In this document: piece by piece, positions 26,885 through 40,588 of the stretch
How the letters are laid out: every line of letters begins with the position of its first letter
Position numbering within the stretch: position 1 is the stretch's first letter
Notes under the pieces: generated by a model
Seen by the model: only the letters and a program-made list of their open reading frames with translations
Databases searched by the model: none
Told to the model about the DNA's origin: nothing
Program-made: the position numbers and the translations under genes
Assembly (NCBI GenBank): GCA_016748015.1
Contig: JAAOMT010000519.1
Coordinates: 1-64,000 of the forward strand
Reading direction: 5' to 3'
Source of the DNA: Geosiphon pyriformis uo1
Lineage: Eukaryota; Fungi; Glomeromycota
Length of the DNA stretch: 64,000 nt

Positions 26885-29248
26885 CTAATCCAAATTTTCG
26901 GTGAATGAGATATTCTCCTTCTGACACATTTCCACTGCTGTTGATAGGCCTTTCAAAGCAGCTAAAATCAAATATTTTTTCCCCTTTTTTTGATCTTTCA
27001 GAACACCCGATCCTTTGTAATATAGGTAGCCAAGATTATACATGGCGGTGAGATTATCATTATGAGCGGCCAATTCGAAATACTTGATGGCACTTTCAAT
27101 GTTCTTTGGTACTCCATCACCAACACACAAACACTGAGCATAGCAAAGTTGAGCTTCAGGAATTTCTCCTTTATCTGTAGCTTTCTAAAAAGTTCTGCGG
27201 CTTTTTCCATTCGATCCATTTTCTTTTGGGGAGGACTCTGGGGCAGAATATTGTAGTAGAGGTAATATCCCATCCAATACTTAGCGAGCTGATCTCCAAA
27301 ACTGGCGTGTATTTCGAAAGCTTTAAATGCATCAATCCTATTGCCATCTTCCTTCTTGTGCTCTAGTATTGCATCTTGGACAGACAAAACAGTGGAGAGC
27401 TCAGCAAGGTCCGATTCAATCATCAAGCCAACATCGTTATCAGTATCGAGAATGTTTGGATTTAAAGTAAGTAAAGTTATTGGAACATTAGATGTATTCA
27501 TATTGCTAGGACGAGGGAAAACTTGTGGTTGGTATGATTTGAGAAGTCTGTGTAATACCCCGAACATATCGGTAAGCGAGGGTCGCAAACTGGGTTCGTG
27601 CCTCGTAGCTATTCATCATTGAACAAAAGCATGTAATGTTTTAGACCCCAGTAAAAGATACTATAAAAATCAGAACCTTTTTATTCACCTCCCCGAGATA
27701 TTTTTTGCCAATCTAGGGGAACACTTGGGCTGAATGGAAGTGATTGAGCTTTGAGAACTTCGTCATAAATCTCTTTTAAATCTTCTTTTGATTTGTGTGG
27801 AATCTGTTCTTCGGCAATCTCCCATAGTAATATGCCAAAACTATGGAAAGAATTAGACGGAAAGCATTAATTTTGGGTTTAAATATAATCAATCTTTAGT
27901 ACAGGCATATACTATAAATTTCACATTTGGTAGTGTACAGAGTTCCATGATGGTCCTTTAATTTCTCAGGGGCCAAATATCGAACGTTTTCCAATGTTGG
28001 TGCCGTTGATAAAGTTTCATCAGCAAAATTACGACTAATGGAGGGAGATTACACGAATGAATAATATTTAGCTCTTCCAATGATTTTTCAATCATACTAT
28101 ACCTTAGAGCAAAATTAGCAATTTTAGCTGCATGATATTGATCTATGAGAATGTTTTGACTTCGAATGTCATGATGTAAAATGGAATCTCATGGAGGAAA
28201 GTCAAACCACGAACAATATCTGTTGCGATTGACTTTTTTAAGCCAATCAATGGGTCCGTGGGTTTCATAATATTCTGTCAAAGTACCTAATTCTGCCCAT
28301 CCCGTGATTATTAAAATGGCATTTTCGTCTTCCGATATGCCATAGAACTGTATGATATATGGGCAATTCTTCAATTTTTTCAAGATAGCTACTTGACTCA
28401 TTAAATTCTTCTTTTCCTCATCTGCTTTTCTAGAAAGCACTCTAGTTTTAACCGCCACTTCAATTTTCCCTGTGAAGTATTTCTTTTGAACTTTACCTCT
28501 GGTGATGTTTCTGGATCTGTTAATTTATGTCGATCAATTTTGATACTATTTTCTTTTTGATATGCTGCAAGCATGGCCAAAACTACTTCAAAACTTCCGG
28601 TAATTTTTTGGTTGGTATCTGCGATACTTCCTTCAATCTTTCTAAAGTAATGTTGGTTTCAAACGCAATTAATTATTTATAAGCTCTTATTTGGTAGAAA
28701 CTTTTTAACTTACATCCTTTAAATCGGCGATATCACGCTTGATACTCATATTACGTCGTTCCATTAGACTTTGGGTTTGAAGCGTCGTTGCAAAACTAAG
28801 AGTGCTCATTAAACCATCAAACTATTGAGTTAAGATTTTGAATTGTTCTTCAATGATATTCGCACTAAAAAATTTGCGACTCTTTTGATAAAGTTCCAAT
28901 ATGAAAATATAAAAAGATTCCATGATGATTAATATAATTCTTGTAACTATTTATAAAATCAAAAACGGGCATATACCATTAATGTTTGATACTTTTTTAA
29001 GAAATTTTTTAATATTCCCTATAACCCTGAGTAATTTGGTAAAATTCATGTAAAACTCTTTTGTTCAAACTCAGTTTCCATATCCTTACACGCTCTAATA
29101 ATAATCTATATTATATAATTTGACGATACTGCGAATCATCATTTATCAAAGAAATAAAAAGTGCTAGAATATCTGTCACATTTGAAGTTCCCTTTACCAC
29201 ATTGCAGACATCGTTTATTTTAGTGAAAATCACTTCTTACTTGTTCAT
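26885..29248 (-). pseudogene. Second full-length MLKL-like/pseudokinase/Sel1 copy, inactivated
   Basis: Collinear with 19741-22269 including introns and the ..ENISFTENLD terminus. ATG AAC AAG TAA stops at codon 4, there are deletions in the N-terminal domain, and frameshifts near 28200 and 27190. Confidence 0.9.
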
Positions 29249-29479
29249 TACTTTACCTGAGCGATTCATTAAAACTATGGAGAAAATTTACTATCCATAT
29301 TTTTAGGCTTAGAATTCAACCATCGAATGTTATGCAAATGTTGTACATGCACAAGGCAACTTTGGGTTACGTGTTAAGCCACAGTTGCACAAGTCGAAGA
29401 TCAGGCGATATGATTTTTGACTTAAATATCTGTAAAATTATTGGATTCAACATATTTAAACCATTTATTTTGATAATTA

Positions 29480-30480
29480 CAACAACATGACAGAATAATT
29501 TAATATTTCAAACATTAAAAGAAAGATGTCACATATTAAACACATTATAAATTCCTCACAAACTCAAAAATGAAAGCAGAATGCTCTCACCCTTTGCTTA
29601 AAAAATCACTTTGTCAAATTAAAGAAGCCAACTTATCACTCTTAAATAGTATCTTGTCAAATCAATTTGGGATAAGAGAGTCAATAGCACATGATATTTT
29701 GAAAATTTTTTAATAAAAATTTAAACCCATATACTCTTAATCTTAAAAAGAATAAAGATCTGAATTTTTATGCATTGAGCAATAATTAGCATTATAAATT
29801 GACTAGGCAAATCATGCAAACTTATCAATTTTTGGAGTATCTTCTTTGAAAAAGCTAGTAATTTTGCTTAGCTTATAATTTTCAAGAAACTCAAGAATAG
29901 TTATCTGTTTTTAACAAAAACTATAATATTAAAGTAATAAAAATTGTGGAAAGCAAACAGCACTTTCTTAAATAATTTAACACAATTTGCCAACAATTTT
30001 AAAATTTTTTATCAAAATAGAATTTAGAAACTATTTATAATTGTAATGAACAGCTTTTTATTAGAAGTTAGTATCTTTTAAAGCCCTTTCAAAATATTTT
30101 ATTGCTGGCATAAAAAAAATTAAAAAGATAGAGTTACAGTTTTTGTGCTAATATGACTTTTTATTCATTTAAAAATGTAAAAATTCAAGATGTGTAAAAA
30201 AATTGATAAAATTAATTTACTTGTACATTCATGTGCAAATAATAGTGCATAGATATAATCAAATTTATTTACATTGGTTAAAAAACTTAATAATTAAACG
30301 CAGAATTCTAAAAAAAATAACTTATGACTTTTGTATAATGTTACATCTCAATTACTTAAAAAAAAAAACTTTTTTTACCAATATTACACTTTATTCTTTA
30401 CAATTGTGTAATTCTAGAATTATTTTTATCAAAATGAGTTTTCAATTTTACTACACAAGTTTTGAATTCTATCAAGTTTA
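29480..30480 (+). mobile_element. Degenerate pogo/Tigger (CENP-B-like, DDE_1) transposase
   Basis: SLCQIKEANLSLLNSILSNQFGIRESIAHDILK (HTH) and NLETIYNCNE (cf. YNCDET); inverted homolog at 38550-39500. Confidence 0.6.
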
Positions 30481-33400
30481 GTGCAATTTGTATAGCTTAA
30501 AATGTTTTTTTGTACTGATTAATACTTTTATTTAATAATAATATTATTATTATAGATAATTTTATTAAAGTTTGATAAAAAATATATCAGATTATTAATT
30601 AATTTCCAATTGATGAATTTTTGTTTTTTAAAAATATTTTAGAATTGATTTTATTAAATCAATTAAAGCATATCATTTAAAAACTGAAAATGTTGAAAGC
30701 ATAACAATTGATGCGCAATTGTTGGTTTATATATTGTATTATATATATTGAGCAGAAAATTAAAAACAAACCAAGTTTAAGAAAGCCCATAATAAAAATT
30801 TTTAATTAACAATATGAGCATTAAAAATAAAACTCAGCTTAAGGAACTTGTAAAAAAAAACTATGAATAAAAATATAGGTTAATGCAAAAATTATAATTG
30901 TTGATTTATGATGTAAAGGTAAAAATATTTATTACATTGTAACATTACGCAAAATTTGTTGAAATTTGCTAATTAAATAGTTAATTAATAATGTATTTTT
31001 GTGTAACTATTAACATTGCAGAACTTATATAAAAAAATTAAGTTCAAAAAATAGAAATTAAAAAAAAGACAAGAGAAAAATTGGCACGAATTTCACTTAT
31101 GCTTAAATAATATTATTACATTAAAGATTAAATTTTTTAATATTATAAATATTTCATGTCATTTAAAATTGGCTATTATTATAAGACAAATTGAATTATT
31201 AAGATCTAGTTTCAGATATACAAGTTTAATACTCTATAAAAATAAGACGAATACTTTACATGCGAATTAATTGAGTATATACTGGCATGAACGGTTTTTA
31301 ATATTGTCAATGGGTTAGGTTTTGTTTGCACAATTAGAGAATCTTCAAAAAAAAAGATAACAATACTGAATTTACGAGTATTTATTTAAAACATACCATA
31401 ATCTGGATTAAGATACTAGAAGGTCTTTCTTAATTGCTTCTTATATACTATTTATATATAATCTTTTTTTTCATGATTTCGTAATTAAAGAAACTTATAT
31501 CTATGATATTTACAATTATCAGAAGCTTTTAAGCTCAATATTGAAAGCGCATCAATTTCGTCGACTTTTGCCCATTTAATTGAAAAAGATACCAAAATTC
31601 TCACATATTACGATTTTACATATTAACTATTTAGTCAAATATAAAAAGGTCTCTTTTAGCTAACTTTTTAGAATTCAATTAAAATTTATTTAAAAATTTC
31701 AAATTGAGGCAAAATTTGAATGTTATTCACTCAGCTTAAGAATAGATAAGTATTATGGCAAGACTTGAAAAATCTGTTTTTAAAATGTTTTTAAAACAAA
31801 TCTTAAAATAAATACAGTTTGAATTTAAATTGATTCTGATTGTTTATCAAAGTAAAAAAAACCAAAATTTAACAAAAAATTGATTTTAGTTGAATGTTTT
31901 TTACAGTTTTCAAAAATTTGCTTATATAAATCTAAATGCTCAGGTCAATGATTAGATCAACAATTACATCAATAAAAATAAATCAATAATTCTAAAATTA
32001 AGAAAATTAATTTTAAAAAATAGATTAATATCTATGAATAAATTTAGAATTAGACATTTTATAAAACTATCAGATGTTATATAATTTTATGATATTAAAT
32101 TCACAATAAACTTTACTTTTTTTTTGGAATTGTTGAATATTCTGACCATGCAAAATATTAGATTTTTATAATCTAATTTGGGCTTTTACAAGGAAAAGAT
32201 GTTAATTAATTGGAAAGCTCTAGCTCATTGGGATAAAATTTTGGTCTCCAAATATCTAGAATTTTAAACTTATAATAAGTTTAATTAGACTATAAACATT
32301 ATATTATAGTTTTTGAAAATAAAGTATAAAAGAACTGGATTTTGAATAAATCAAATTTGAAATTTCATTATAAATTAAACAATCAATTATTCTCACGTTA
32401 AATTTTTTTTTATTATTTCAAACATTTTATTCGCACAAAATTCTCATATTTGCTCTTCTGCTTTAAAAAGATGATCAATTTAGGTGTGTCAATCATCCCA
32501 GGAAATTATGAAATTTACTTTCGAGACAAATTTCATTTTTACCCTTCTCTATAGGAAAATCCATATAGAGAGTTGAATAAAACTTCTTCAGGTCACCACT
32601 AAAAACTAGATAAAAATTTGCTACATATATTCAGTGTTACAAAAACAGTGTTTTATGTGGCACTATAACATGGCATCATCATATGTATTCTTTACTGTAA
32701 ATTCCAGAGGATAAAAATAAGTTTTAAATTACTGATTTTTTATTCAAGTTAGCTGATTTGAACCATTTAAAATACGTTACGTTCTAAAGAAACTCTTTGA
32801 GACAATTTTTTGTGGGTATTTTTTTGAATTTAAAATTAACAAAATTTTTAAGTTGATTTTTATTTCTATATAAATTTATATTTGTTGATTAAAATATGTT
32901 ACTAATTATTAACAAATTTAATTGTATTTCAAACCATTTTCTGATTAGCGCCATAATATCGCTTTTTTAAAAATATTGAAGCAGCAGCAACAATATTCTT
33001 GATATTAAACCATGTATTTCTTTTTTTAACTTAATAACTTATTTAATTTATTATTAAAATCTCATTTTTAAATACTGAAAATTTTTTCTTAGAGTATTTG
33101 TTTTTTATAAAAAATATTGATCAAATTCAACAAATTAAATTAATTAAAAACATTAATATTTTAAGGGGTTAATTCTATTTTAAATTGAAAATAGTAACAA
33201 AATAAAAATAAAAATGTTTGGCATTTTTTAAGGGGCTTACGCAAGACCACACACACACTAGTTTCATAGCAAAAATTTAAAACTCTAGTATTAAATTTGA
33301 ATAATATGATTTTCAACTATTAAAATATACTATTAAAATACATTGTAAATAAAATTTTTAAAAGAAAGACTTTTTCACAAGTTCAAAGCAAATAGATTTA

Positions 33401-34519
33401 ACAAATATTATTAGGTCAATATTTTAAGTTGAAAAGAATACGTTTATAACTTATAATTGCAAAAAGTGTGAAATATAAAAAAATGACATTTTTTTATAAC
33501 AAAGGAATGAATGTAATGGATATTTTTAAAATTTGTAAAATAGTGAAACATTAATTTTTACATTATTGCAAAATATTTCTTTGAGAATATTTTTAAGTGA
33601 ATTTTATTTTATATAGATTTTGCAAGCATTTAATATTAGCAATCTTATATCTTAAATTTTTCAAATCTTAAATAATGGTTAATTTAAAGCTATAATATAA
33701 AAGTATTTTTTATTCAAATTTTAATATTGAAAAATCTGCTTTGAGAATGATAAACAAGCTCTTTATTGTTAAATGGTAAAAACTTTAATTAAAAATCCTT
33801 TAAAAAATTTAAACGCCCTCAAAAACTTCTTAGATTAACCAGTTATTAAAACCACCAAGATATTAAAAAAAATTTTCGAAATATAAAATAATATATTTTA
33901 GTAATGTTTCATTAATTTTGGGAGGATAAGCATCGATAATAAGGGACAATTTTGAGCTAACTCTTATTTTTTGGGTTGGCTTAAAAACATTTTAACGAAA
34001 ACGAATTTATGTTTTTATTTTCTTGACGAATACGTAATATCTTAGATCTTAGAATTGCTAACAGCTTATTCCGCAAGACTCATTTCTGGTTCTTTATCAT
34101 ATTGCTCAAAAACAATAAAAAAAGATATTACTCTATAATACCTTTTAAGAATAACTTCTCTAAATAAATGCTCATTGAACAGTATTAGAAATATAATCAA
34201 ATGCATATTTACTCTTAGGTTAAAGTTCTCGGCTATTTAACTCAAAGTTTGTTAATGAAGCATATTCATTTTCAACTTTGCCACTTGATCGATGTTAATA
34301 ACTCTGCAACAAATAACGTCATATTTATATTTATGTATTTTATCAATTATTTGATTTAATCATGCGGTTAAGGTTAGAATTGGTAAACTAGTTCCACCAT
34401 CGTTACCAGAAAATGAGGCTGTTTGTTATCATTTTAATCATAATCACCAGTAACACAATAGGAAAATTGTTAGCCATTCAGTTGTTTATAGTTTAAGTTA
34501 GAAGTACTGCATATTCAAT

Positions 34520-34700
34520 TCCATTCCGGACTATCTCTACCGTTTAAGAAATGTCAATGAGAAATCTAACCTTTAGGGAATAGGTTTCTATTTCAGAACT
34601 TTCTTTCTTTCCCAGGAGCATTGATTGTCAGCAAAAATAATTTGGCCATTTTTCCGGCTCAAAAGTTGCTGACTTAGTGAAAAAATATTTGTGGACAATC
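34520..34700 (+). pseudogene. 5' fragment of a third Sel1/TKL kinase copy
   Basis: ccgtttaag..aatgtc and caaaagttgctgacttagtgaaaaaatatttg match 23160/23455 and 40458/40690. Confidence 0.6.
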
Positions 34701-35949
34701 TCTATCTATTGTTTCTTGTAATTTTTTAATAAATAAACTAACATTCAATATTTTAATAACTTAAATTAAAATAAAAATTTCAAAAGCGCTTTTATCAAAT
34801 GTGAAATTTAATTTTCATATATTAATTAAATAAGATTTTTAGTAAGTCAATTTTAAATTTAATAATTGATATATGTCTTGAAAAAACTCTATTTTTATAC
34901 ATTTTAAATTTACTATTCTTGGTACTAACCTTTTTTTTTGTGAAAATTTCAAATATTTTAGTAAACTTATTCAAATTTCAGCAAGATTTCAATTGTTATA
35001 TGGTTTGGAATATTACATAATTTAATTATTGTATTCAACTAAGTAGTAATAAATATTTCATAATATTTTTGATTCATTATTTTAAATTTAATACAATACA
35101 CGTAAGCAAAATTTGCAACAGCAAAAATTATTTTTTGTAATTAATTTTGCATAAATATTATATAGCTTTTAACTTTTTAATATTAAAAAAATTACTATAT
35201 TTATTTTATTAATAAAATATGACATATTAATTATTTTATTATGCGAATATTTATTTTTACTTATTTTCGTTATGTTTTACAATTTTGTTTTAAGATTTTT
35301 ATATTAATCTGTTTTGTTGCCAATTTTATTTATAGTCATTAATGTTATTATATTAGTGACTTTACTTTTAGAATTAATTGTCGATGTGATTATTGAATAA
35401 ACATTTATTTAAAAAGTACAACTAATACCTAATATTGAATTCCAAGAATGTTAATATGAAACATAGAATTATATTGGTGTGTTATCTTTTGTTAATAATA
35501 TAAATTATCTATTAATCTTCAGATTTTTTTGTTATTTTTTGAAAAAATAACAAATGAGATATTTATAAAACTGATTTTATACATTTAATTCCTCCTAATT
35601 TAATTTATTTATTAAAGTTAAATTATTCTTTGATTATTTTTATTGTTATACAATATTATTTTTTTGCCATTTATTAATGTATTATGTTTTATTGTAATAA
35701 TAACATATAAATCCATTTGTGTACTTATATTTTGTGATAAATAAAATAGAATTTGAAATATTATTAATAATTCTTAACAAATTTATCAATACTTTTAGCT
35801 TGTTTAATTGCTTTTAAAAGTTTTGAATTAATACAAAAAGAAAAAAAACAGCAATTTTCAATTATTTTGCTTTAAAAAATATAGTTTATTGCTAAACATA
35901 AATTATGTTATCTTTTTTTAGATTCAAATTCTGAATAATGTGAAAGATT

Positions 35950-38520
35950 ATCTGTCTTGTAAAAAATTAAGACAGTAAAAAATTTTAAAGTTAAAATCTG
36001 TCAAAAAATAATCATTAAACTTAATACTAAGTAAGTGTTTAAGTTTTATAAAATATTAGAAATTTTTATTGTTACAAAAGTTAAGAATAAGTATTAAGCA
36101 CCTATAAGATATTAATATTATTGCCTAAAAACTTGTTTCAAAAATTTAAATGTGTTATTAGCTTGTAATAATTATATATCGGTTTTTTCTGTTAGAATAT
36201 TTAATAATATCACTTTATTTGATAAAATTAGCAAATTCAAAGAATCTTTGAACATTTTCTCCAGAACAGAACATTTTTCAATCCAAAATTGTTTGAACTT
36301 TCTTAAAATTTATTATAATACTTTTAAAAAAGACAATATACTTAAGAAACTTAATTTAAAACTAATTAAATATATATTTCTTAAGTTTAGCATATAACTC
36401 ATATTTTTATAATTGGTTTAGTATTAAATCTATATACATTTTATACTCTTTTTGGTTTTTAAAATAAATAACAAATTGATTTAAATAATTCTTAAAAACA
36501 TCATTTGTTAAATATTAAAAACAACAGAAGTATTCATTAATCAAAATAATATAATTAAATATTCAAAATAATTATAGGGCATTTAAAAAGCCATTTTTTA
36601 TTTATCTTTTTTATGCATCGTATCAAATTAATTTTTATAAACATACAAACAAAATAGAACTCATTTAATAAATTTAAAATCAAATTTAATAATATTAATT
36701 CTTAATAATAATACAATTAAGACTTTTATAATTTACACAAATCTAAAAAAATATTTTTTTTTAAAAATCTAAAATAAAATAAAAATTAAAAATTTTTTTT
36801 TCAGATATTCATAAAAAGCTTTTGATTTTAGTTTCAAAAAGCTGTAATTTGGACCAAATAAAAGTATTATCTTTTATACTAATTGATAAAACAAATATAA
36901 AAATAATGCTTTAATAATAGATTAATTTGCTTTTTATTAAACATATTAGCATATTTCTAATAATTTATTGGTAATTTGTAATTATTACAAATTCTGACTT
37001 TTTTTTACTTTTAATATATTGAAAACAGCTTCAATAAACAAAACTTTTTAAAATTTTAATTGACAAATGTTAATAATTTTAATATATTAGAAAACTTAAC
37101 AATATATATTTTCTAGTTAATCAGTAAATTATACAATTATAACCAAAATAATCTGATAATAATAGCATAATATAAGCTTTTTATAGCATTAAAAATATTT
37201 TTTTGATGGCTAATAATAATAAAAATTAACTGCTAAAAAATTTTGATTAATATTTTCTTAAATAATAAAACATTTATTTATAATTTTTAATAATATAAAT
37301 TACTGGTTTTTAACAAAAATCTAATATTATATTAAACTGCAATATTTTGATTTATAAAGCAAAGAATAATACTAAATTTAAATTTAACAGTTTAAATTTT
37401 AATAATATAATTAAAATTAGAAATAAAATTAAATATTAAACAATAATTCTTATAAAAACCAAATTTATTACAAAATATTTAACAAAATTAAAAATTTTTA
37501 TTAAATTATTAACAGATTTTAAACTTAAAACTAAAACAAAAATTTCTTAAAAATAATAAAAAAAGCTTGTTTTTCTGTGTTAACACAATTTTTAATATTA
37601 ATTATAAAAACTAAAACATTTAAATATGTAGTTTTTATTGTATTTAAACTTAATTATTTTTAATTACGTTTTTATAATATAAATAAAGATTACTATTATG
37701 TTAATAAAATTTTTTAGCTTTTGTAAATTTATAATAAAGTATATTAATTTTTATTAAATTATCTCAAATATAATTAATAGTCAAGTGTTCATTAAAAATT
37801 GAGCAGATATAAAAATTTTTTATAAGTTTAAAAACATTATTTTCTATAATATTCAAGAAGTTGATTATTATAATAAATTAATATTTAATAAGATTAATAA
37901 CAAATTTTAGATATTATTACATAATTTAAAATAAAATTAATCAATTAATATTTTTTTTTAATTAATACCACATATAATTACTAAAATTTTATGATATATA
38001 TTGCAATAATCTAATTTTTTATTAAAGATAATATAACTGTTTGGTCATTTTTAAAGTTTTGTTTGTATTTTTAAATATTGTTTTGAAATTTTTAAATAAT
38101 AAAAAATATTTTTTATTTAATTATGCAAACCAAGTAAAAATTATATTCGATAAATAAATGCTAATTAATTTAATTTGTATTATTTGAATAATAATAATAT
38201 TAAGACTAAACAATTAATTAAATTTGATTTTTAAAAGCTTAAAACTTAAAATAATTACTATTAAACTTTTCAGATAAACTAGTTTTTGATTTATAAATAA
38301 TAACTTAAGATGAATTAACTTAAGTATATTGTAATTAAAAAAACATTTTTTAGTTAAATAGTTTTTTGTTAAATTACTTGTAGTATTTCAACAATTTAAA
38401 CAAAATTAGTCAATTATAAAAACATAATAGGCAATTAAAAAAAGCAGATTAACTGTTATAAACTATATAAGCTAGTAAAAAAACAAGTTAAGTTCAAAAA
38501 CAACAAGAATAAAATAAAAA
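35950..38520 (-). mobile_element. Degenerate Ty3/gypsy retrotransposon (protease-RT)
   Basis: Minus strand: KYANMFNKKQINLLLKHY..FGPNYS, CVNYKSLNCIIIKN*Y (cf. CVDYRGLN..IKNRY), KMAF*MPYNYFEYLIILF*LMNTS (cf. [24 protein letters not shown]), IKFLKYIV, KVQTILD*, NVQRFFEFANF (cf. VQRFLGFANF). Upper boundary approximate. Confidence 0.85.
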
Positions 38521-38549
38521 GTTTAACTTACAATTGGTGTTAATCTGTT

Positions 38550-39500
38550 TATGGCAAGCAATTTTTTATATTGGCACTTAATATTAAAAAACTTATTTTG
38601 AATAAATAAATAATCAGCAATACATGTTGTATTTAAAAAAAATAAAGTGTAATATTTATAAAAGTGATTTCTTTGAGTAATATTATTCAAAATAAAAAAA
38701 AATTGCATTTGAATATTAGGGTTTTGTAAGTGAATTAAAAAAAGATTCGATTGCATTCATGCACTATTATTCGCATATTAATGTACAGATAAAATATTTT
38801 TATCAACTTTCTTATATAGCTTAGATTTTTATATTTGTAAATAAAAAGAGAAAAGAATTTTAAAGTTTATGTGACATTACGATACAAAAAACTGGAATCC
38901 TGTTTTTAAATTTTTTTATGCCAGCAATAAGAGATTTTAACTTTCAATAAAGAGCTGTTTTATTACAATATTATCTAAATTTCAATTTGATAAAATTTTT
39001 GAAGTTGATGAAACCATGGTAATTATTTAAAGGGCACTGTTTGCTTAATCACAATTTTGAACCTAGATAAACATCTTTGGATTCCTTGAAATTATGAGCT
39101 GAGTAAAATTGTTAGCTTTTTGAAGCAAGAAAGCTCCAGAAATTGACAAGTTTGAATTATTTATCTGACCTACCCATAATACTAACGATTGTTTAATGTG
39201 CAAATATTTAGATATTTTTTCTCGTTTAAGATTAAAAGCATGTGAATTTAAATTTTTGTTAATTTTTTTTTTCCAAAATATCATTTGCTGCTGATTCTCT
39301 TATCCCAAACTGATTTGCTAAGATGCTTTTTAAAAATAAGAGGTTGGGTTCTTTAAGTTGAAGAAGTTTTATTTTTTAGGCAATAGTGGATTGCACTTTC
39401 TTTTTTGAGTCTGAGAGGAATTTATAATGTGTTCAATAGGTAAACCTTTTTTGGTCTATCATGTTGTTATAATTATTAGAATTAAATTTTTAAATTAAAT
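38550..39500 (-). mobile_element. Degenerate pogo-like transposase, inverted homolog of 29480-30480
   Basis: The reverse complement contains aacacattataaattcctc..actcaaaaa, caaatcagtttgggataagaga and ttattgctggcataaaaaaa, shared with 29540-30120. Confidence 0.65.
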
Positions 39501-39559
39501 AAGTGGTTTGTTCAAATAAAATCTTTGGTCAAAGATCTATTTTTGTACAATATATCATT

Positions 39560-40072
39560 CCAAAAGTGTTGAATCTTTTCCTGCTAGTCTTTCTCATCCC
39601 AGAAGTGTTCAATGGGATTTAGGTTTGGAACCAATCAAGAACCTCAATATTATTGTCCCACACCACTTTGGGATATGTTGCGAGTCATTACCCTGATGTC
39701 TTGTGTATCCAAATCAAATCAGTTCAAGGTTCCAATAAAAAGCATCTATGAGTATCATTCACCAACCAATATAACTGAGATTTCCAATGCTGTGGATTGT
39801 AAAACAGCCCACACCATAATACCACCACCACCAAATTTACTGTTTTCACATAAACGTTAATGATCGATTTTAATTTTCACTGCTGTAAACATTCATTAGT
39901 AGAAATAAGATGAACTTTTCATTCATTAAGTTTAGTTAAAAGTCGTGGGCGTTCAGAGTTGTGTTCATATATGAAACTACCAGTTTCATTTTTTAATTTT
40001 TTTATATGTATTATTGTAGCAAGTTTTCGAATAAATTATTCTTATGCGTTTCTCTATAGAAATACGGGTCAT
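39560..40072 (-). mobile_element. Internally deleted Tc1 transposase
   Basis: MTRISIEKR, ETGSF..ERPRLL, KFGGGGIMVW and DNNIEVLDW..NLNPIEHFWDE (cf. SPDLNPIEHLW). Confidence 0.8.
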
Positions 40073-40588
40073 AATAATTTTTTTTATTGCTGAGGACTCT
40101 CTTCCAGGTCCAGTATATATTATTAAAGAAAAATTTCTTTTCTTGAATCATTTCTATTAAGACAATCTGAAGCGTGCAATAAAATTTAATGATTGTCCTG
40201 AGAAGAGAATTTAGATTTATGAATATCCCTCTTACAGTATTTATATTGCTGGTATTAATAAACAGTCTAATAAAATTTCCTTGGCTGTTGCTTGCATAAA
40301 ATTTATCTTGGATTTTTAGCGAGTGGATAATTTAGAGCTCCACAAAAGTCATTGTATCACCTGAGGACAATCACAATAACGATAACACATTTCGTAAGAC
40401 AATAATTTGTTAAACGGAAAAGAAAACCAAGCTTTCATTCATCCGGACGATTTATACCCGTTTAAGCAATGTCTAACCTTTATATTCTGACGTTTAAAAC
40501 GTAGCCTTTTTGGGAACATAGTTTTAACAAAATTGCTCTTTCTCCATACACTATTTGAAGTTGATAATCCCTTTAATCGGTTGAAAGC

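Noticed and set aside
30500-33900. Long AT-rich spacer (similar ones at 9400-11700 and 54700-56100)
   Set aside because: No recognisable coding, RNA or repeat structure by eye; probably old transposon debris or intergenic DNA.
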